Source: Octopus vulgaris (lineage: Eukaryota). Taken from it: a stretch of DNA of 62,000 nucleotides. A model generated the notes under the pieces. The model had not been told where the DNA came from. It searched no databases and saw nothing but the letters and a program-made list of their open reading frames with translations. Every line of letters begins with the position of its first letter. The first letter of the stretch is position 1. Below are positions 1 through 14,481 of this stretch, piece after piece. Location of the stretch: contig OX597834.1 in NCBI GenBank assembly GCA_951406725.2, positions 40,134,001-40,196,000 on the forward strand, in the 5' to 3' direction. The translations under genes and the position numbers were made by a program.

Positions 1-311
1 CATCACCATTACTTTTTACAATGGTATTGGCACCAATGCTTTTATATGGTACCATCACCAGTGTTTTTTATGACACTATTATCAGTGCACTTTACGTGGC
101 ACCATCACCAGCGCTCTTTACACGCCACCAATCTAACCCTAGTGCTAACTCTAAACCTAACTCTAAATCCTAACCTAGATCAGATAATTGCAGAGGGTAG
201 CCTACTAATCCTATGGTAGACTTCACACTGAAACAGCATCAATAAATGCCATTCTGGTGTAAGACTCAGACCATAATTAAGTTTATAAGCAGGTCTCCAG
301 CAACCAGCCAA

Positions 312-586
312 CTCATCATCATCATCATCATTTAACATCCATTTTCCATGCTAGCATGGGTTGAACGGTTCGACAGTTCGACCGGGGTCTGGGAAGCCAG
401 AAGGCTGCTCCAGGCTCCAGTCTGATCTGGTAGTGTTTCTACAGCTGGATGCCCTTCCTAACACCAACCACTCCGTGAGTGTAGTGGGTGCTTATTACAT
501 ACCACCAGCACAGGGATCACAACTACAATTTCCATTGATTTTTGATGTTGATGTACTTGACTCAATAGGTCTCCTCAAGCACAGGG
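312..586 (-). mobile_element. 5'-truncated RTE 3' UTR copy with (CAT)n tail
   Basis: Matches 49406-49900; tail catcatcatttaac. Confidence 0.75.
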
Positions 587-845
587 TCGAAACGGTGTTT
601 CTTTACTTGCTACCTGCACAGGAGTCAGTCCAGTGGCACTGGCAATGGCCGGGTGCCAGTCATAGGATTGGTTCAGTTTCAATTCCAATTTCATCTGGGA
701 GAAACTGACACTGGGTCTCTTTCTGAAACAATGATCAAGATTCTGAAGGGATAAGTAGTAGGCTTACAAAGAATAAGTCCTGGGGTCGATTTGCTCGACT
801 AAAGGCGGTGCTCCAGCATGGCCACAGTCAAATGACTGAAACAAG

Positions 846-897
<52 letters not shown>

Positions 898-1479
898 AAG
901 AGAGAGACCTACAGACAGACAGAGGTAGGGCTCCACTATTTCTCTTCCTGCAACATTCTAACAACTTGTGTGTGTATACTAAAATATTTTTACCACTGAT
1001 TTCAGTCATAGGACAATGGCCATGCTGGAGCAGTAGTGACTTTTTGTCAGTTACATCAATGTCAGTATCTACTTAGCCTGGGACTCAATCATTCACTTAA
1101 TGAAAGGTCGAGTTCACCTACATGTTGAGTTATATCCCCTGTTCCCTTTCACAGATGTAAATAACACTAGGTATTTATAGCAGGATACAACAACACACAG
1201 ACACACATATTCATTATCGCTCTGACCACTTTCACATTGAGACTTTTCATGATATATCTCAAATGAATATGTACATTTGTGCGTGTATATTTGGATGTAG
1301 TTGTGTACATATATGTGTGTAGGTGTACATAAATGTATGCATGTGTGAAGTATTCCAGTGGGTGACCAGTTCAAAGAAAGCCAGTCTCGACGCTTAGAAT
1401 AAAGAACTCAAAGATAGCTCTGAGAGCGAATAAACATTTAGTCAGAAAAACATTTGACTGTTTATATATATACAAATAC

Positions 1480-1544
<65 letters not shown>

Positions 1545-1779
1545 CATATATATATAGTTGAAATTTATAGATATATATATATACATACATACTTTATAAA
1601 CATTTATAATATACATGTGTGTGTGTATACATACATATTATATATATATATATATATATATATACATACACACTTTATAAATATTTATAATGTACATGTG
1701 TGTGTGTGTATATACATATATATATATGTACATACACATGCACACTTTATAAATATTTATAATGTACATGTGTGTGTGT

Positions 1780-1840
<61 letters not shown>

Positions 1841-1952
1841 AGCCTAGTACTTATTCTATTGGTCACTCTTGCCCAACTGCAAGTAGTGATGGGTGACAAA
1901 CACAAACAGATACACACACACACACACACATATATATACATATATGTATCTA

Positions 1953-2348
1953 CAGGCACAGGTGTGACTGCGTGGTAAGAAGCTTGCTTCCCAGCCACAT
2001 GGTTTGGGGTTCAGTCCCACTGCATGGCACCTTGGGCTATATAGCCTCAGGCTGACCAAAGCCTTGTGAGAGGATTCGGTAGATGGAAACTGAAAGAAAC
2101 CCATATACATATGTATGTATGTATATATATATATGTGTGTGTGTGTGTATATATATGTGTGTGTGTGCACATCCTATCGCTGCTTGTCAACTGGTGTTGG
2201 TGTGTTTGCAACCCCATAACTTAGCAGTTTGGCAAAAGAGATTGATAGAATAAGTAGCATGCTAAAAAAATAAGCACTGGGGTTGATTCATTCGACTAAA
2301 AATTGAAGGTAATGCCCCAGCATGGGCCACAGTCTAATGACTGAAACA
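1953..2348 (+). mobile_element. Diverged SINE family A
   Basis: Recognisable head, microsatellite and tail. Confidence 0.75.
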
Positions 2349-2365
2349 TATATGTACATGTATGC

Positions 2366-2408
<43 letters not shown>

Positions 2409-3053
2409 ATCATGTTTTGAGTTTTATTTTTCTTATTTGCATCACCAGATGTGTGTGTGTATGTGTATATATATATGCCAATGTTAATAAATATTGCGTG
2501 TATACATATATAAATACAGGTGTGCATGTGTGTATGTATATATATATATATTTGTATACATATAACACATACATGCAAGGCAGACTTCTGCAATTTCCGT
2601 CTTCCAAATTTCATTCAAAAGTCATTATATATAAATAGATTAGCTACAGTGTCTGTGTGTGTGCATGTGTGTGTGTGTATTTTTATACTGTAATATATAT
2701 ATATATCTATGAACACTTACAGGGAAGTGTGTATGTATGTGTGTAACTATGTGAGCAAGTCATGTATGTATGTGTAATGAAATGTATAGTGTAGCATGAA
2801 AGAGATAAACAGAAAGATGTGTGTGAACACCTACAGACAGGTGTGTGAATGTGTGTGTGTGTGTTTATGTGTGTGTGTAATGGAAAATATTCACAATACT
2901 AAAAATAAACAAAATAAGTGTGTATGTGTGTGTGTGTGTGTATATACTGAATACATGCATAGGAGTACCTACAGACAGGTGTGTGTATGTGTGTGCATAT
3001 GTAATGAAATATGTTTCAAAGATTAATAATGAATGAGAGAGAGAGAGAGAGAG

Positions 3054-3096
<43 letters not shown>

Positions 3097-3636
3097 AATG
3101 AAAAAGGTTCACAATACTAAAGATAAACAAAATAAAAGTGTATATGTGTGAGTATATACTGAAATATATGTGCATGAACACCTACAGACAGGTGTGTATG
3201 CACGTGTGTGTATATGTAACAAAATGTTTCAAATATCAATAATGATAAGATTATGTGTGTGCATGCATGTGCGTGAATGTGCGTATATGCAAGTGTGTAT
3301 ATGCATGTACATGTGTGTGTATATGCCTGTGTGTGTGCATACGCTTACTGAAATAAATGTACATACATTAATAAGAAATAAACAGAAATGTGTGCATGTG
3401 TTTATACTTAAATATATATGTGTATATATATGTATAAACATCAACCAGTAAGAGTGTGTGTGTGCGTGTGTGCACATGTGTACTTGTGTATGTGTGTCAG
3501 ATAATATCCAAAAGTGAAACAACAACCACAAAATAATTAGAAAATGGATCCGCAGTTGGCATCAACAATGGCTATATCAGTTATTTGATCAGCAGAACCG
3601 GTTGAATATCCCACAGACATTCATACTGCCACACCG

Positions 3637-3674
<38 letters not shown>

Positions 3675-3942
3675 CCCAGAACTACTACCTACTCCCTGAA
3701 ACTCATAGTAAAAATCTAATTAGTAATTAGCTGAAGGACACGTGTGCCGTTACTGAACTAGAAATAGACACTCTCCAAAGAACAACTTGCTCATTAAATT
3801 ACATTCTAAGTAGTGGTCGAGTACTCCACAGACTCGTCTACCTTTAACATATTCTTTGAGGAAAAAAATCAGCATGACATAGGGTTTGGCATGGCTGGAC
3901 ACTCAACATTTATGTGACTGATATAATTTGTTCTCCATTTGA

Positions 3943-4258
3943 CAGGTTCTCACATGCAGCTACTGTCTACTCTGAGGGTCTGTATAAAATTTTTTGGGGT
4001 CAACAGATACAATAGTAAATTGGGGCTCTACAGTAATTTTTCAAGGGCCTTGAAAAAATTGAGAGTGAAGTTTACGTACAATGAATCAGTTATACATCTA
4101 CAATAAACAGAATATTTTGACCATTTTTATACAAGTTCTAATAATATTTAGTCATAAAAATACAATAGGATTTTTTAAGCATCGAATATTTATAGGGTAC
4201 ACCCATTAAGATAGGAATCAAAGGGGTCGACAGGTAAAAAATGGTTTGAGAACCCCTG
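3943..4258. mobile_element. Degenerate hAT-like MITE
   Basis: Right end tttgagaacccctg (reverse complement caggggttctcaaa); degenerate left end caggttctcaca. Confidence 0.35.
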
Positions 4259-4959
4259 GTCTACCCATATTTTATTTCATGTGTTTCTGTTGACCCTGAA
4301 GCTATGGTGATAGAAAAACACATTCAAGGTGTCACATAATGAAATTGAACTTGGGTCCTTCATGCCTGAAAACGAAACTTCTAAACCATTTTCAATGCAA
4401 ACCTCTTAGCTAATGGTTTTTAACCTTTTTAATATCTGGGTCAGATCCAAAACCTGTGTTTTTTTTTTTAGGGGCCTGCACCAGAAAAAGTAAAACAGAA
4501 GTCAATTAGAGAAAAATTTATATTTATGTAGAGTGAAAACCATCAGGGACTGCCAGAAGGATGTCTAAGGGCCACATGCATCCCTGGGAGCCACGATTGA
4601 GGACTACTGCTCTAGACTGTAGCTCTACCAGTTAGAAATAACAGCTAAATCTTCCTCATAGTAAACCCTCTAGGAAGTACTTCTACCAATTAGAAAACAC
4701 ATCCAAAACCTCATGTGATGAAATTGAACGTGTACCCCTCGTGCTTACAAAGAAAATTTCTAAACTATTTACAATCCAAGCCTCTGGGTCAGGGATTCCC
4801 AGCCTGGGGTCTTCAAACACAATACTGAATATCCCTGAACTAAATTCAAACTTTTATATATATACACACACACACACGAGGATATGCATATTAAAAGGGG
4901 TCAGTGGGAAAACTAATTTAAAAAAGGGGCGGGAACCACTACTCTAGATAGTATGCCTT

Positions 4960-5170
4960 TACCAGCTAGAAATAACAGCCAAATCTCCCTCACATCAGGC
5001 CTTCTAAGTAGTAACCCTACCAGTTAGAAATAACAGCCAAATGCTCCTCACATTAGGCCTTCTAAGTAGTAGCTCTACCAGTTAGAAATAACAGCCAAAT
5101 GCCCCTCACATCAGACCCTCTAGGTAGTAACTCTACCAGTTAGAAATAACAGCCAAATCTCCCTCATATA
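4960..5170. repeat. 58-bp tandem repeat, about 3.6 copies
   Basis: taccagttagaaataacagccaaat at 4960, 5018, 5076 and 5134. Confidence 0.92.
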
Positions 5171-5355
5171 AGACCATTGTACCTTCGGCAAAAAACAATA
5201 CAGTAGAGTTATATACTACTAATAAACAAACAAAAAAAAGACAAAAAATAAATGAGATGGGCATGGCTAGAATAACCCCAAGCAGGCAGAGGTGACCGAG
5301 GGCTAAATGAGAACAGTATTATCAACAACAACAGCATGAACAAGACAACACTCAC

Positions 5356-5375
5356 CGAGAGAGTACTTTTTCCAC
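5356..5375 (-). CDS. Candidate 20-nt microexon (GGKSTLS if entered in phase 1; WKKYSL if phase 2)
   Basis: tttcattgacaatgttctccag|GTGGAAAAAGTACTCTCTCG|gtgagt in unique sequence. Phase-1 entry would match the exit phase of the 41515 exon. Confidence 0.35.
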
Positions 5376-6147
5376 CTGGAGAACATTGTCAATGAAAGTG
5401 TAGAAACACAACCGTTATAGTACACTATGTGTGGTTGGATGTGTGTGTGTGTGTGTGGCTGGATGTGTGTATGTATGTGTATACATATATGTATGTGTGT
5501 GTGTGTGAGTGTGTAGATGGATGTGTGCGGGATTATATATGGTATATATGTCCGTCGGTGTGTGAGTATATTTGTTGGGTGTTTGTGTGTATGTTTACAT
5601 AAATGTATGTGTGTGTGTGTGGATTGATTTAAGGATTTACGTGTATGTGTGTGCGTGTGTGTGTGTGTGTGTGTATGTGTACAGGTGGTGTGTGTGTGTG
5701 TGTAGACAGAGGTGTTATAATCCACAGGTGTAAAGTTAGGTTCCTGTCGAGATGAATTAAAAGTTGGCAATGAAGAACAACACCGATAGAAATAGCGTGT
5801 GTATGTGTGTGTATGTGTGTGTGTATGTGTGTGTATGTATGTATGTGTGTGTGCACACGTGTGTATCTATATGTGTGTATATCTGTGCATGTGTGTATAT
5901 ATATATGTTTGTGTGTGCATATCTATATGTGTGTGTATATCAATGTGTGTCTGGGTGATTATTATTCAATATGTGTATATGTAAGAATGAATATACATAC
6001 ATACATATATATTTATTTAAGTCCATATGTGTGTGTGCATACATATGTGTGTGCATGTGTGTGTGTGTATCAATATATATTCATGTAGGGAAGTATAAAT
6101 ATCTTTATATTAGTGTATGTGTGGGCATATATATATATATGTGTATG

Positions 6148-6178
<31 letters not shown>

Positions 6179-6395
6179 TTATATATGTATGTCTGTGTAT
6201 ATATATATATATATATATTTATACACACACACATGCACGTGTGTGAGTGTATATAAGGGTATGTCTATACGAATATGTATGTTTATCCCCCACCCACCCC
6301 AGAATCATTTCACAGGGGCAACATGAAGTGAGGTGCCGAATGCATCATGTGCTTATTACACGAGTGTTGCTTTAGTAGTAATAGTGGTGGCGATG

Positions 6396-6444
<49 letters not shown>

Positions 6445-6524
6445 CAATAGTAGTGGTGGTGGTGGTGGTAGCTTTAGTGTGTTAATGAAGATGCGGATTG
6501 GTGGTTGTGGTGGTGGTGGTAGTA

Positions 6525-6581
<57 letters not shown>

Positions 6582-6872
6582 ATTGGAGTGGCAGCAGCAG
6601 CAGTGTCAGCAGCAGCAGTGTCAGCAGCAACAGGAGGAATATATTTATTTCGCAGGATGTCCGATTATATTCTCTACTGCTGAAACTACAGGATGGCTGG
6701 CTGGCTGGCTGGCTGCTGATGTTGTGGTGGTGGTCGTGGTGGGAGCAAGGAGGGTGCCATTGAAAGATTCCTCCTCAATAAGGTGGAAGAAACCAGATGA
6801 AAATCAATGTGTGTGTGAGTGCGTGCATGTATTATTCCAACAAGTGTGTATACACACACACACACACATGTG

Positions 6873-6903
<31 letters not shown>

Positions 6904-7108
6904 TACTCTTTTAACTCTTTTACTTGTTTCAGTCATTTGACTGCGGCCATGCTGGAGCACCACCTTTAGTCGAGCAAATCGACCCCGGGACTTATTCTTT
7001 GTAAGCCCAGTACTTATTCTATTGGTCTCTTTTGCCGAACCGCTAAGTGACGGGGAACATAAACACACCAGGATCGGTTGTCAAGCAATGCTAGGGGGAC
7101 AAACACAA

Positions 7109-7181
<73 letters not shown>

Positions 7182-7347
7182 TACGACAGGCTTCTTTCAG
7201 TTTCCGTCTACCAAATCCACTCACAAGGCATTGGTCGGCCCGGGGCTATAGCAGAAGACACTTGCCCAAGATGCCATGCAGTGGGACTGAACCCGGAACC
7301 ATGTGGCTGGTTAGCAAGCTACTTACCACACAGCCACTCCTGCGCCT
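6904..7347 (-). mobile_element. Full-length tRNA-derived SINE, family A
   Basis: Head ggcgcaggagtggctgtgtggtaag (A box) ... ggttcagtccc (B box), internal (TA)n/(TG)n, tail (taaaagag)n; near-identical to 61531-61977. Confidence 0.85.
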
Positions 7348-8104
7348 ATTATATATATATATATATATATATTCACTCTCATAGATTTATATTCAGATTT
7401 TACTAAGCCTATATATATATATTTCTTTACAACCCAAAAGGGGCTAAACACAGAGGGCACAAACAAGGAGAGACAAAGGGATTAAGTCGATTACATTGAC
7501 CCCAGCACGTAACTAGTACTTAATTTATCGACCCCAAAAGGATGAAAGGCAAAGTCGACCTTGGCAGAATTTGAACTCGGAACATAACGACGGACGACTA
7601 AGCCTATATATATACACACAAAGAGATATATATATATATACACACTCAAAGATATATACACATAGTAGCATGGAGAGCTGTGTGGTGGAGAAGACCATTT
7701 TACCATTCTGATATCATGCAGCTTCAGGTTCAATCCCACAGCACAGCACCATGGACAAGCTTTGTGAATGAAATTGTGTTTATGTATATAGATGAATGGG
7801 AGTGAGGGAGGGATGAAGGGAGAGAAAGAGGGAGGGATCAGAGAGACAGACAGATAGACATTCTTTTGTTTCAGTCACTTGACTGCGGCCATGCTGGAGC
7901 ACCGCCTTTAAGCATTTTAGTCAAACAAATCAACCCCACGACTTACATTCTTTCTTTCTTTTTTTTTTTTTTTTTTGTAAGCCTAGTACTTATTCTATCA
8001 GTCTCTTTTGCTAAAATGCTCAGTTACAGGGACATAAATATACCAACACCGGCTGTCAAGTGGTAATTGTGGGGAACAAACACAGACACTCACACACACA
8101 TATA

Positions 8105-9045
8105 TATAAAGTCAAGAAAGTTCTTGCAGTTTTTAACCTTTAAATTCAGATGCACATATCTCGGCTCGAACAAAATTTTATTAATCAAAATAAACACCAT
8201 CAGAATCAACACACTTTTGCCAACACGAAACCAGTTTATTTATGCCAGTAGCATAAAAATCCTGCATTCTGGTGGTGATGAAGTCGTTGAAGGCGTTTTT
8301 GCCATCGTCTTGGTTTTTCAAGCATTTCTCATGCAGGAAGTTGTCGAGATACTTGAAAAAGTGGTAGTCGGGAGGAAAAAGGTCTGGTGAGTATGGTGGA
8401 TGAGGCAGAGTTTCGTAGCCCAATTTGTTCAACTTCTACAGGGTCAGTTGTGCAACATGCAGCCGAGCATTGTGAAAAAGAATTGGTCCTTTTCTATTGA
8501 CCAATGCTGGCTGTTGTTGTCAGAGTTTCTTATGCATTTCATCCATTTGCTGAGAGTATTTCTCTGCCGTAATGGTTTCACCTGGATCCAAAAAGCTGTG
8601 ATGGATGAGACCGGCCGCAGACCACCAAACAGTCACCATGACCTTCTTTTGGTGCAACTTTGGCTTTGGGAAGTGCCATGGAGCTTCATTGGCATCCAAC
8701 CACTGAGCTGATCGTTGACGGTTGCCGTAAAGAATTCACTTTTCATTGCAAGTCACAATCTGCTCAAGAAATGGGTCATTCTTGTTGCATAAAAGAAGGG
8801 AAGACAACGCTTCAAAATGGCATTTTTCTTTGGTTGGCGTTCAATTCGTGTGGCACCCATTTCTCAAGTATTTTTATTTTTCCAATCTCTTTCAAGTGGT
8901 TGGAAATTGTCGTATACGTTACGTCTAATTCAGAAGCAAGCTCTCGAACAGTTGCGAGTTGATTGGCTTCCACTAAGGTTCTTAGTTGATCATTGTCAAC
9001 ATCCGATGGCTGACCACCCTCTAGTATTTGTCCTTTTCTCTCCTA
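8105..9045 (-). pseudogene. Mariner transposase relic (Hsmar1/cecropia-like), 5'-truncated, with stops
   Basis: Minus translation gives DVDNDQLRTLVEAN...EKWVPHEL...IVTCNEK*ILY...KVMVTVWW...LGYETLPHPPYSPDL...WQKCVDSDGVYFD (WVPHEL and YSPDL mariner motifs). TIR-like end near 8105 abuts the (TA)n of a SINE. Confidence 0.9.
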
Positions 9046-9450
9046 GCAGATAATGATGAGGATGATGATGAAGATGATACTGTTTGTATCAGTCATTAGT
9101 CATGGTTAAAATTAACTCTTTCCTTGCACTGCTCGACTGATTATGCAAATGATTAAGCCATGACCAACTCCACTAGGTATTTCTTCCACTTCTTAGCAAC
9201 ACTCCCTGAAGGCCCAGATGCCTTCCCAACCTTCATGTCTTTCATTGCACTATTCACTATACTGCTGTCAACATTCAATAGCTGGTCCCTCTTTTGAGTC
9301 TACTTGGAACCGCCCCTCTCTCTCCCTCTCTCTCATGCATTCTCTTCATTTAACAACCCCTTCTCTGAGCAATTCCATACCATTTTCCCCATTTTTCCTT
9401 TTGACAGTAGCGAAAGCATGCCGTACCACTATCATTCCATGCTCATTCCT

Positions 9451-9681
9451 TATTTCTTTACTGCCCACAAGGGGCTAAACACAGAGGGGACAAACAAGGA
9501 CAGACGAATGGATTAAGTCGATTATATTGACCCCAGTACGTAACTGGTACTTATTTAATCGACCCCGAAAGGATGAAAGGCAAAGTCAACCTCGACGGAA
9601 TTTGAACTCAGAACGTAGCGTCAGATGAAAAACCGCAAAGCATTTCGCCCGGCGTTCTAACGTTTCTGCCAGCTCGCCATC
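9451..9681 (-). mobile_element. Full-length SINE family B with TSD
   Basis: 16-bp TSD ttccatgctcattcct (9435) / ttccatgtacattcct (9682). Confidence 0.85.
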
Positions 9682-9943
9682 TTCCATGTACATTCCTGCT
9701 TAATGATGTTTCAATTCTCTCAGTCGTACACCACCTTGCAACACACACACACACACACACACAAAGAGAGAGAGAAAAAGACAGAGTCTGAAGAAGCAAA
9801 ATACCAACTGTTTCCTTGGTTTGTTGTGTGTTGTGTCTATGTTTACAGTGCTTAACCTTGCTGTAACACGATAAGGTTAAACTTTGCTGATGCTCTTGGT
9901 GTTACAATTGCTCCTTTATACATACAAACATTACATACATACA

Positions 9944-10026
<83 letters not shown>

Positions 10027-10707
10027 TGGGAGTGGCTGTGTGGTAAGTAGCTTGCTAACCAACCACATGGTTCCGGGTTCAGTCCCACTGCGTGGCATCT
10101 TGGGCAAGTGTCTTCTGTTATAGCCCCAGGCCAACCAATGCCTTGTGAGTGGTTTTGGTAGACGGAAACTGAAAGAAGCCTGTCATATATATGTATATAT
10201 ATGTGTGTGTGTGTGTGTATGTGTTTGTGTCTGTGTATATATACACACACACACACAGTGCATATATATATGATATATATATAAATTTAATTTTTATATA
10301 TATATATTATTTATATATATAAATTTATATAAGGATAACTCTTTTACTCTTTTACTTGCTTCAGTTATTTGACTGTGGCCATGCTGGAGCACCACCTTTA
10401 GTCGAGCAAATCGACCCCAGGACTTATTCTTTGTAAGCCTAGTACTTATTCTATCAGTCTCTTTTGCCGAACCACTAAGTTATGGGGACGTAAACACACC
10501 AGCTTCAGTTGTCAAGTGATATTGGGAAGACGAACACAGACACAAACATATACACACACACATACATACATATATATATATACATATATACAACGGGCTT
10601 CTTTCAGTTTCCGTCTACCAAATCCTTTCACAAGGCTTTGATCAATCTGAGGCTATGGTAGAAGATACTTGCCCAAGGTGCCACGCAGTGAGACTGAAAC
10701 CGGAACC
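10027..10707. mobile_element. Two family A SINEs in opposite orientation (5' half on + at 10027-10250; near-full on - at 10338-10707)
   Basis: Matches to the family A consensus on both strands. Confidence 0.75.
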
Positions 10708-11009
10708 AATCACCCCCTTTTGGCTACCCCATTGTCACCTCAGCTTTTTTCAACACCCTCCAGGGGAGGCAGTACCACCCACTTTGAGAACCCCAGCTTT
10801 ACAGTATATCATCTGGCTCAAACCCTACCTGCCTGAAGATCCTACTCCAACGTTGATCCCAAGTTTAGTCATGGTAACCAAAGTTCCCTTAGTCTGCTTA
10901 ATGATGGAATAGAAGGCAAGGACCCTCCCAGATCATATAGAGTGGGCTGGAGAAGACACCCATGCACAGGATTTTCCCAGGGGCAGACCACTGCTAGCCT
11001 AAACTCGGC

Positions 11010-11074
<65 letters not shown>

Positions 11075-11179
11075 GTGGTGCATATAATGGATACAACAAG
11101 TCCCTTTAAGATATATATGCACACAAGAATCATTAACAAGAGGCAAAGCAAAAGATGGCAGTTGTTATTAAAACTACAT

Positions 11180-11585
11180 AGGTGCAGGAGTGGCTGTGTG
11201 GTAAGGAGCTTGCTTACCAACCACATAGTTCCGGGTTCAGTCCCACTGCGTGGCATCTTGGGCAAGTGTCTTTTACTATAGCCTTGGGCCGACCAAAGCC
11301 TTGTGAGTGGATTTGGTAAACGGAAACTGAAAGAAGCCCGTCGTATATATGTATATATATATATATGTATGTGTGTTTGTTTGTGTGTCTGTGTTTGTCC
11401 CCCTAGCATTGCTTGACAACCGATGCTGGTGTGTTTATGTCCCCGTAACTGAGCGGTTCGGCAAAAGAGACCGATAGAATATGTACTGGGCTTAAAAAGA
11501 ATAAGTCCCGGGGTCGAGTTGCTCGATTAAAGGCAGTGCACCAGCATGGCCACAGTCAAAATGACTGAAACAAGTAAAAAGAGAG
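11180..11585 (+). mobile_element. Full-length SINE family A
   Basis: Head, A/B boxes, internal microsatellite and tail all present. Confidence 0.85.
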
Positions 11586-11878
11586 AAAGAGAGGACATTC
11601 ACCATTCTCCATTTCTTCATTCTTTGCAGAGTTAAATGGTAAAGAAAAACATGGAATTGTCACAATATCACTGAAATATTTCAGAGCAATAAACAGTTCC
11701 CATTATATATATATATATCCATGTATGTATGTATAGAGATGTGTGCATGTGTTTATATATATATATATATATGAAATGGTGTATATTATGTTATATATAT
11801 TTGTGTATATAATGTTATACAGCAGTAACTGGTTTAGAGTGAATTTCCGTTTTGACATCACATCATCTCCGTCTTTTC

Positions 11879-11928
<50 letters not shown>

Positions 11929-12214
11929 CGTGTGTGTGTGTGTGCATGTGAGTCAGTGTTTATGTGTACGTCTGTGTGTGTGTGCCGGTGTGTGTACATG
12001 TGTCAGTGTGTGTGTGTGTGTGTGTGTATGTGAATGAATGCATATGTGGTATAAGCATATGTGTGTGTGTGTGTGTGTGTGAATGTATGTATAAGTGCAT
12101 ATATCAGTATATATTTGCACCAGAGTGTATGTAAGTGCACATGGCCGTATGTGTATATGCATGAGTGTGCATGTATCCCAATATGTGTATATGTGTGTCT
12201 GTGTAGCTACATAC

Positions 12215-12250
<36 letters not shown>

Positions 12251-14250
12251 ATATATATATATACATATATATATATATACATAAATATATATATATACAT
12301 ATATATACATAAATATATATATATACATATATATACATATATACATATATATACATAAATATATATATATATATATATATACACATACCTAAATATATAT
12401 ATACCTAAATATATATATATACCTAAATATATATATATTTATATATATATATATACCTAAATATATATATATACCTAAATATATATAAATATACCTAATA
12501 ATATATATATAGACATAAATATATATATATACCTAAATATATATATAGACATAAATATATATATAGACATAAATATATATATAGACATAAATATATATAT
12601 AGACATAAATATATATATAGACATAAATATATATATATATCATAAGCAAAGAGCGACGTTTTACATATTATATTGTGAAGGTTTAATAGAGAACAGAATC
12701 CCCATCCCTGCGCCTTCACCACCACCACCACAACTATTTCTGTCGTCCGTCCCCGCCAAGAACACATTATCTATCCCTCTATTACTTTCATTCGTGTTTG
12801 TTGATTGTTTGGTTGTTTGTGTGGTGATTTTTTTTTGTCTGTGTTTTGTTAATTTGTTTTGTTTTGTTATTTTTTTACTATTTTTTTTTTGTTTCTTCGA
12901 CAGAGAATGGAAAAGAAAAGCTGGGTGTTTCTTTACGTGAAGCAACAGTGAGATGGGATGTGTGTGGGGGAGGGGGGAGAGGGGGGAATAGAACCGATTG
13001 GGAAGAGAAAATGGAAACTGCTTTCTTCAGAATGGTAAATGCAAAGATTCTTGAGACAGAGAGAGAGAGAAAGAGTGAGAAGCAGTTATCTAAGGGAGAG
13101 TTATTAAAGGAGAGCTAAAAATTAGAAAGAGAGAAGGTGAGATGGGAGAGAGAAAGGAGAGATGGAGGACAAAGAGAGAGAGAGAAAGGCAGGAGAGAGA
13201 GACAAGAAGGAGAGAGAGAAAGGAGGGAAAGAATGAGAAAGGACAAAGAGAGAGGACAGAAAAAGTGGACAGAGAAAGAAAGGACAGAAAGAGAAGAGAG
13301 AGAGAGAGAGAGAGAATTAAAAACAGAGAGAGAGAGAGAATAAAGAACAGAGAGAGAGAGAGGATGGAGAGGAATAAAGGGAAGAGAAGAGAAAGGAAGA
13401 GGAGTGAACAGGGGAGAAGGACAGAAGGACAAAGGGGAGAGAGGGGGAAAGAAGGGGAGAGAGAAAGGAGAGAGAGAGAGAGAGATGAAGTAGTAAACCT
13501 ATGTCTAATAAAAGGAATCGCATATGCCAAGAGAATTGGTCAGCTTCAGTAAAAGATATTCGTGTGACTACGTAGTGACATTGTTTGTTTTGGACAGTTT
13601 AATGTCTTGTATAAAAGACGGTGATTTATGTCAGGCATGGCAACAGTCTTGTGTGGTTGTGTTTCCTGCTTTCTTCTTCGGAATGGAATCTTATGAAAAG
13701 GAATATGGAAGATCACCTTGAGTATTCCATTCTCTGCAATGCAAGATGATAAGACTATATCTAGGAAGAGACTTCTAGAACTACAAGTCTGAAGAAAAAT
13801 GTGGGCTGCAGAAGAGAGAAAAAAGGATTTGAGAAGATGCAGAGGTACTGTGTAAGGTGTTGGACTCATGATCGTAAGATTGCGGTTTCAATCCCTGGAC
13901 CAGGCAATGCATTGTATTCTTAAGCAAAACACTTCACTTCATATAGTTCCAGTTCATTTAGTTGTAGAAATGAGTACAACTAGTGGAGGCATGTTGCTTA
14001 GTCGTTAGGGTGTTGGATTCACAACTGTAAAATTGTGGTTTCAATCCCTGGACAGAGCAATCCGTTGTGTTCTTGTGCAAAACACTTCATTTCATGTTGC
14101 TCCAGTCCACTCAGCTGTAGAAATAAGTTAAGCCTGGAAAGGGATCGGCTTTGCCAGGCTTTCTTACCATAGATATGCTGCATGGTTGCAGCACTCCAAT
14201 GCCCCACCCCCACACCCAAGGGGTTAAGGGACTTGTTAATTGTCAACAAA

Positions 14251-14481
14251 AGGCGGCGAGCTGGCAGAAACGTTAGCACACTGGGTGAAATGTTTTGCGG
14301 TATTTCGTCTGTCTTTATGTTCAGAGTTCAAACACTGCCGAGGTCGACTTATCCTTTCAGGATTGATTAAATAAGTACCAGTTATGCACTGGGGGAGGGG
14401 GTCGATGTAATTGACTTAAACCCTTTATTTGTCCTTGTTTGTCCCCTCTGTGTTTAGCCCCCTGTGGGCAATAAAGAAATA
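14251..14481 (+). mobile_element. Full-length SINE family B with TSD
   Basis: Head aggcggcgagctggcagaaacgttagc, B-box-like gagttcaaa, tail aaagaaata; TSD attgtcaaca at 14239 and 14483. Confidence 0.85.

Noticed and set aside
141-177. Telomeric (CCCTAA)n tract
   Set aside because: Only about 6 degenerate units; insufficient to call an interstitial telomere.
13717-13805. 72/89-nt minus-strand candidate exon (HIFLQTCSSRSLFLDIVLSSCIAENGILK)
   Set aside because: Good acceptor but weak donor (gtgatc) and unconvincing peptide; not supportable without RNA data.
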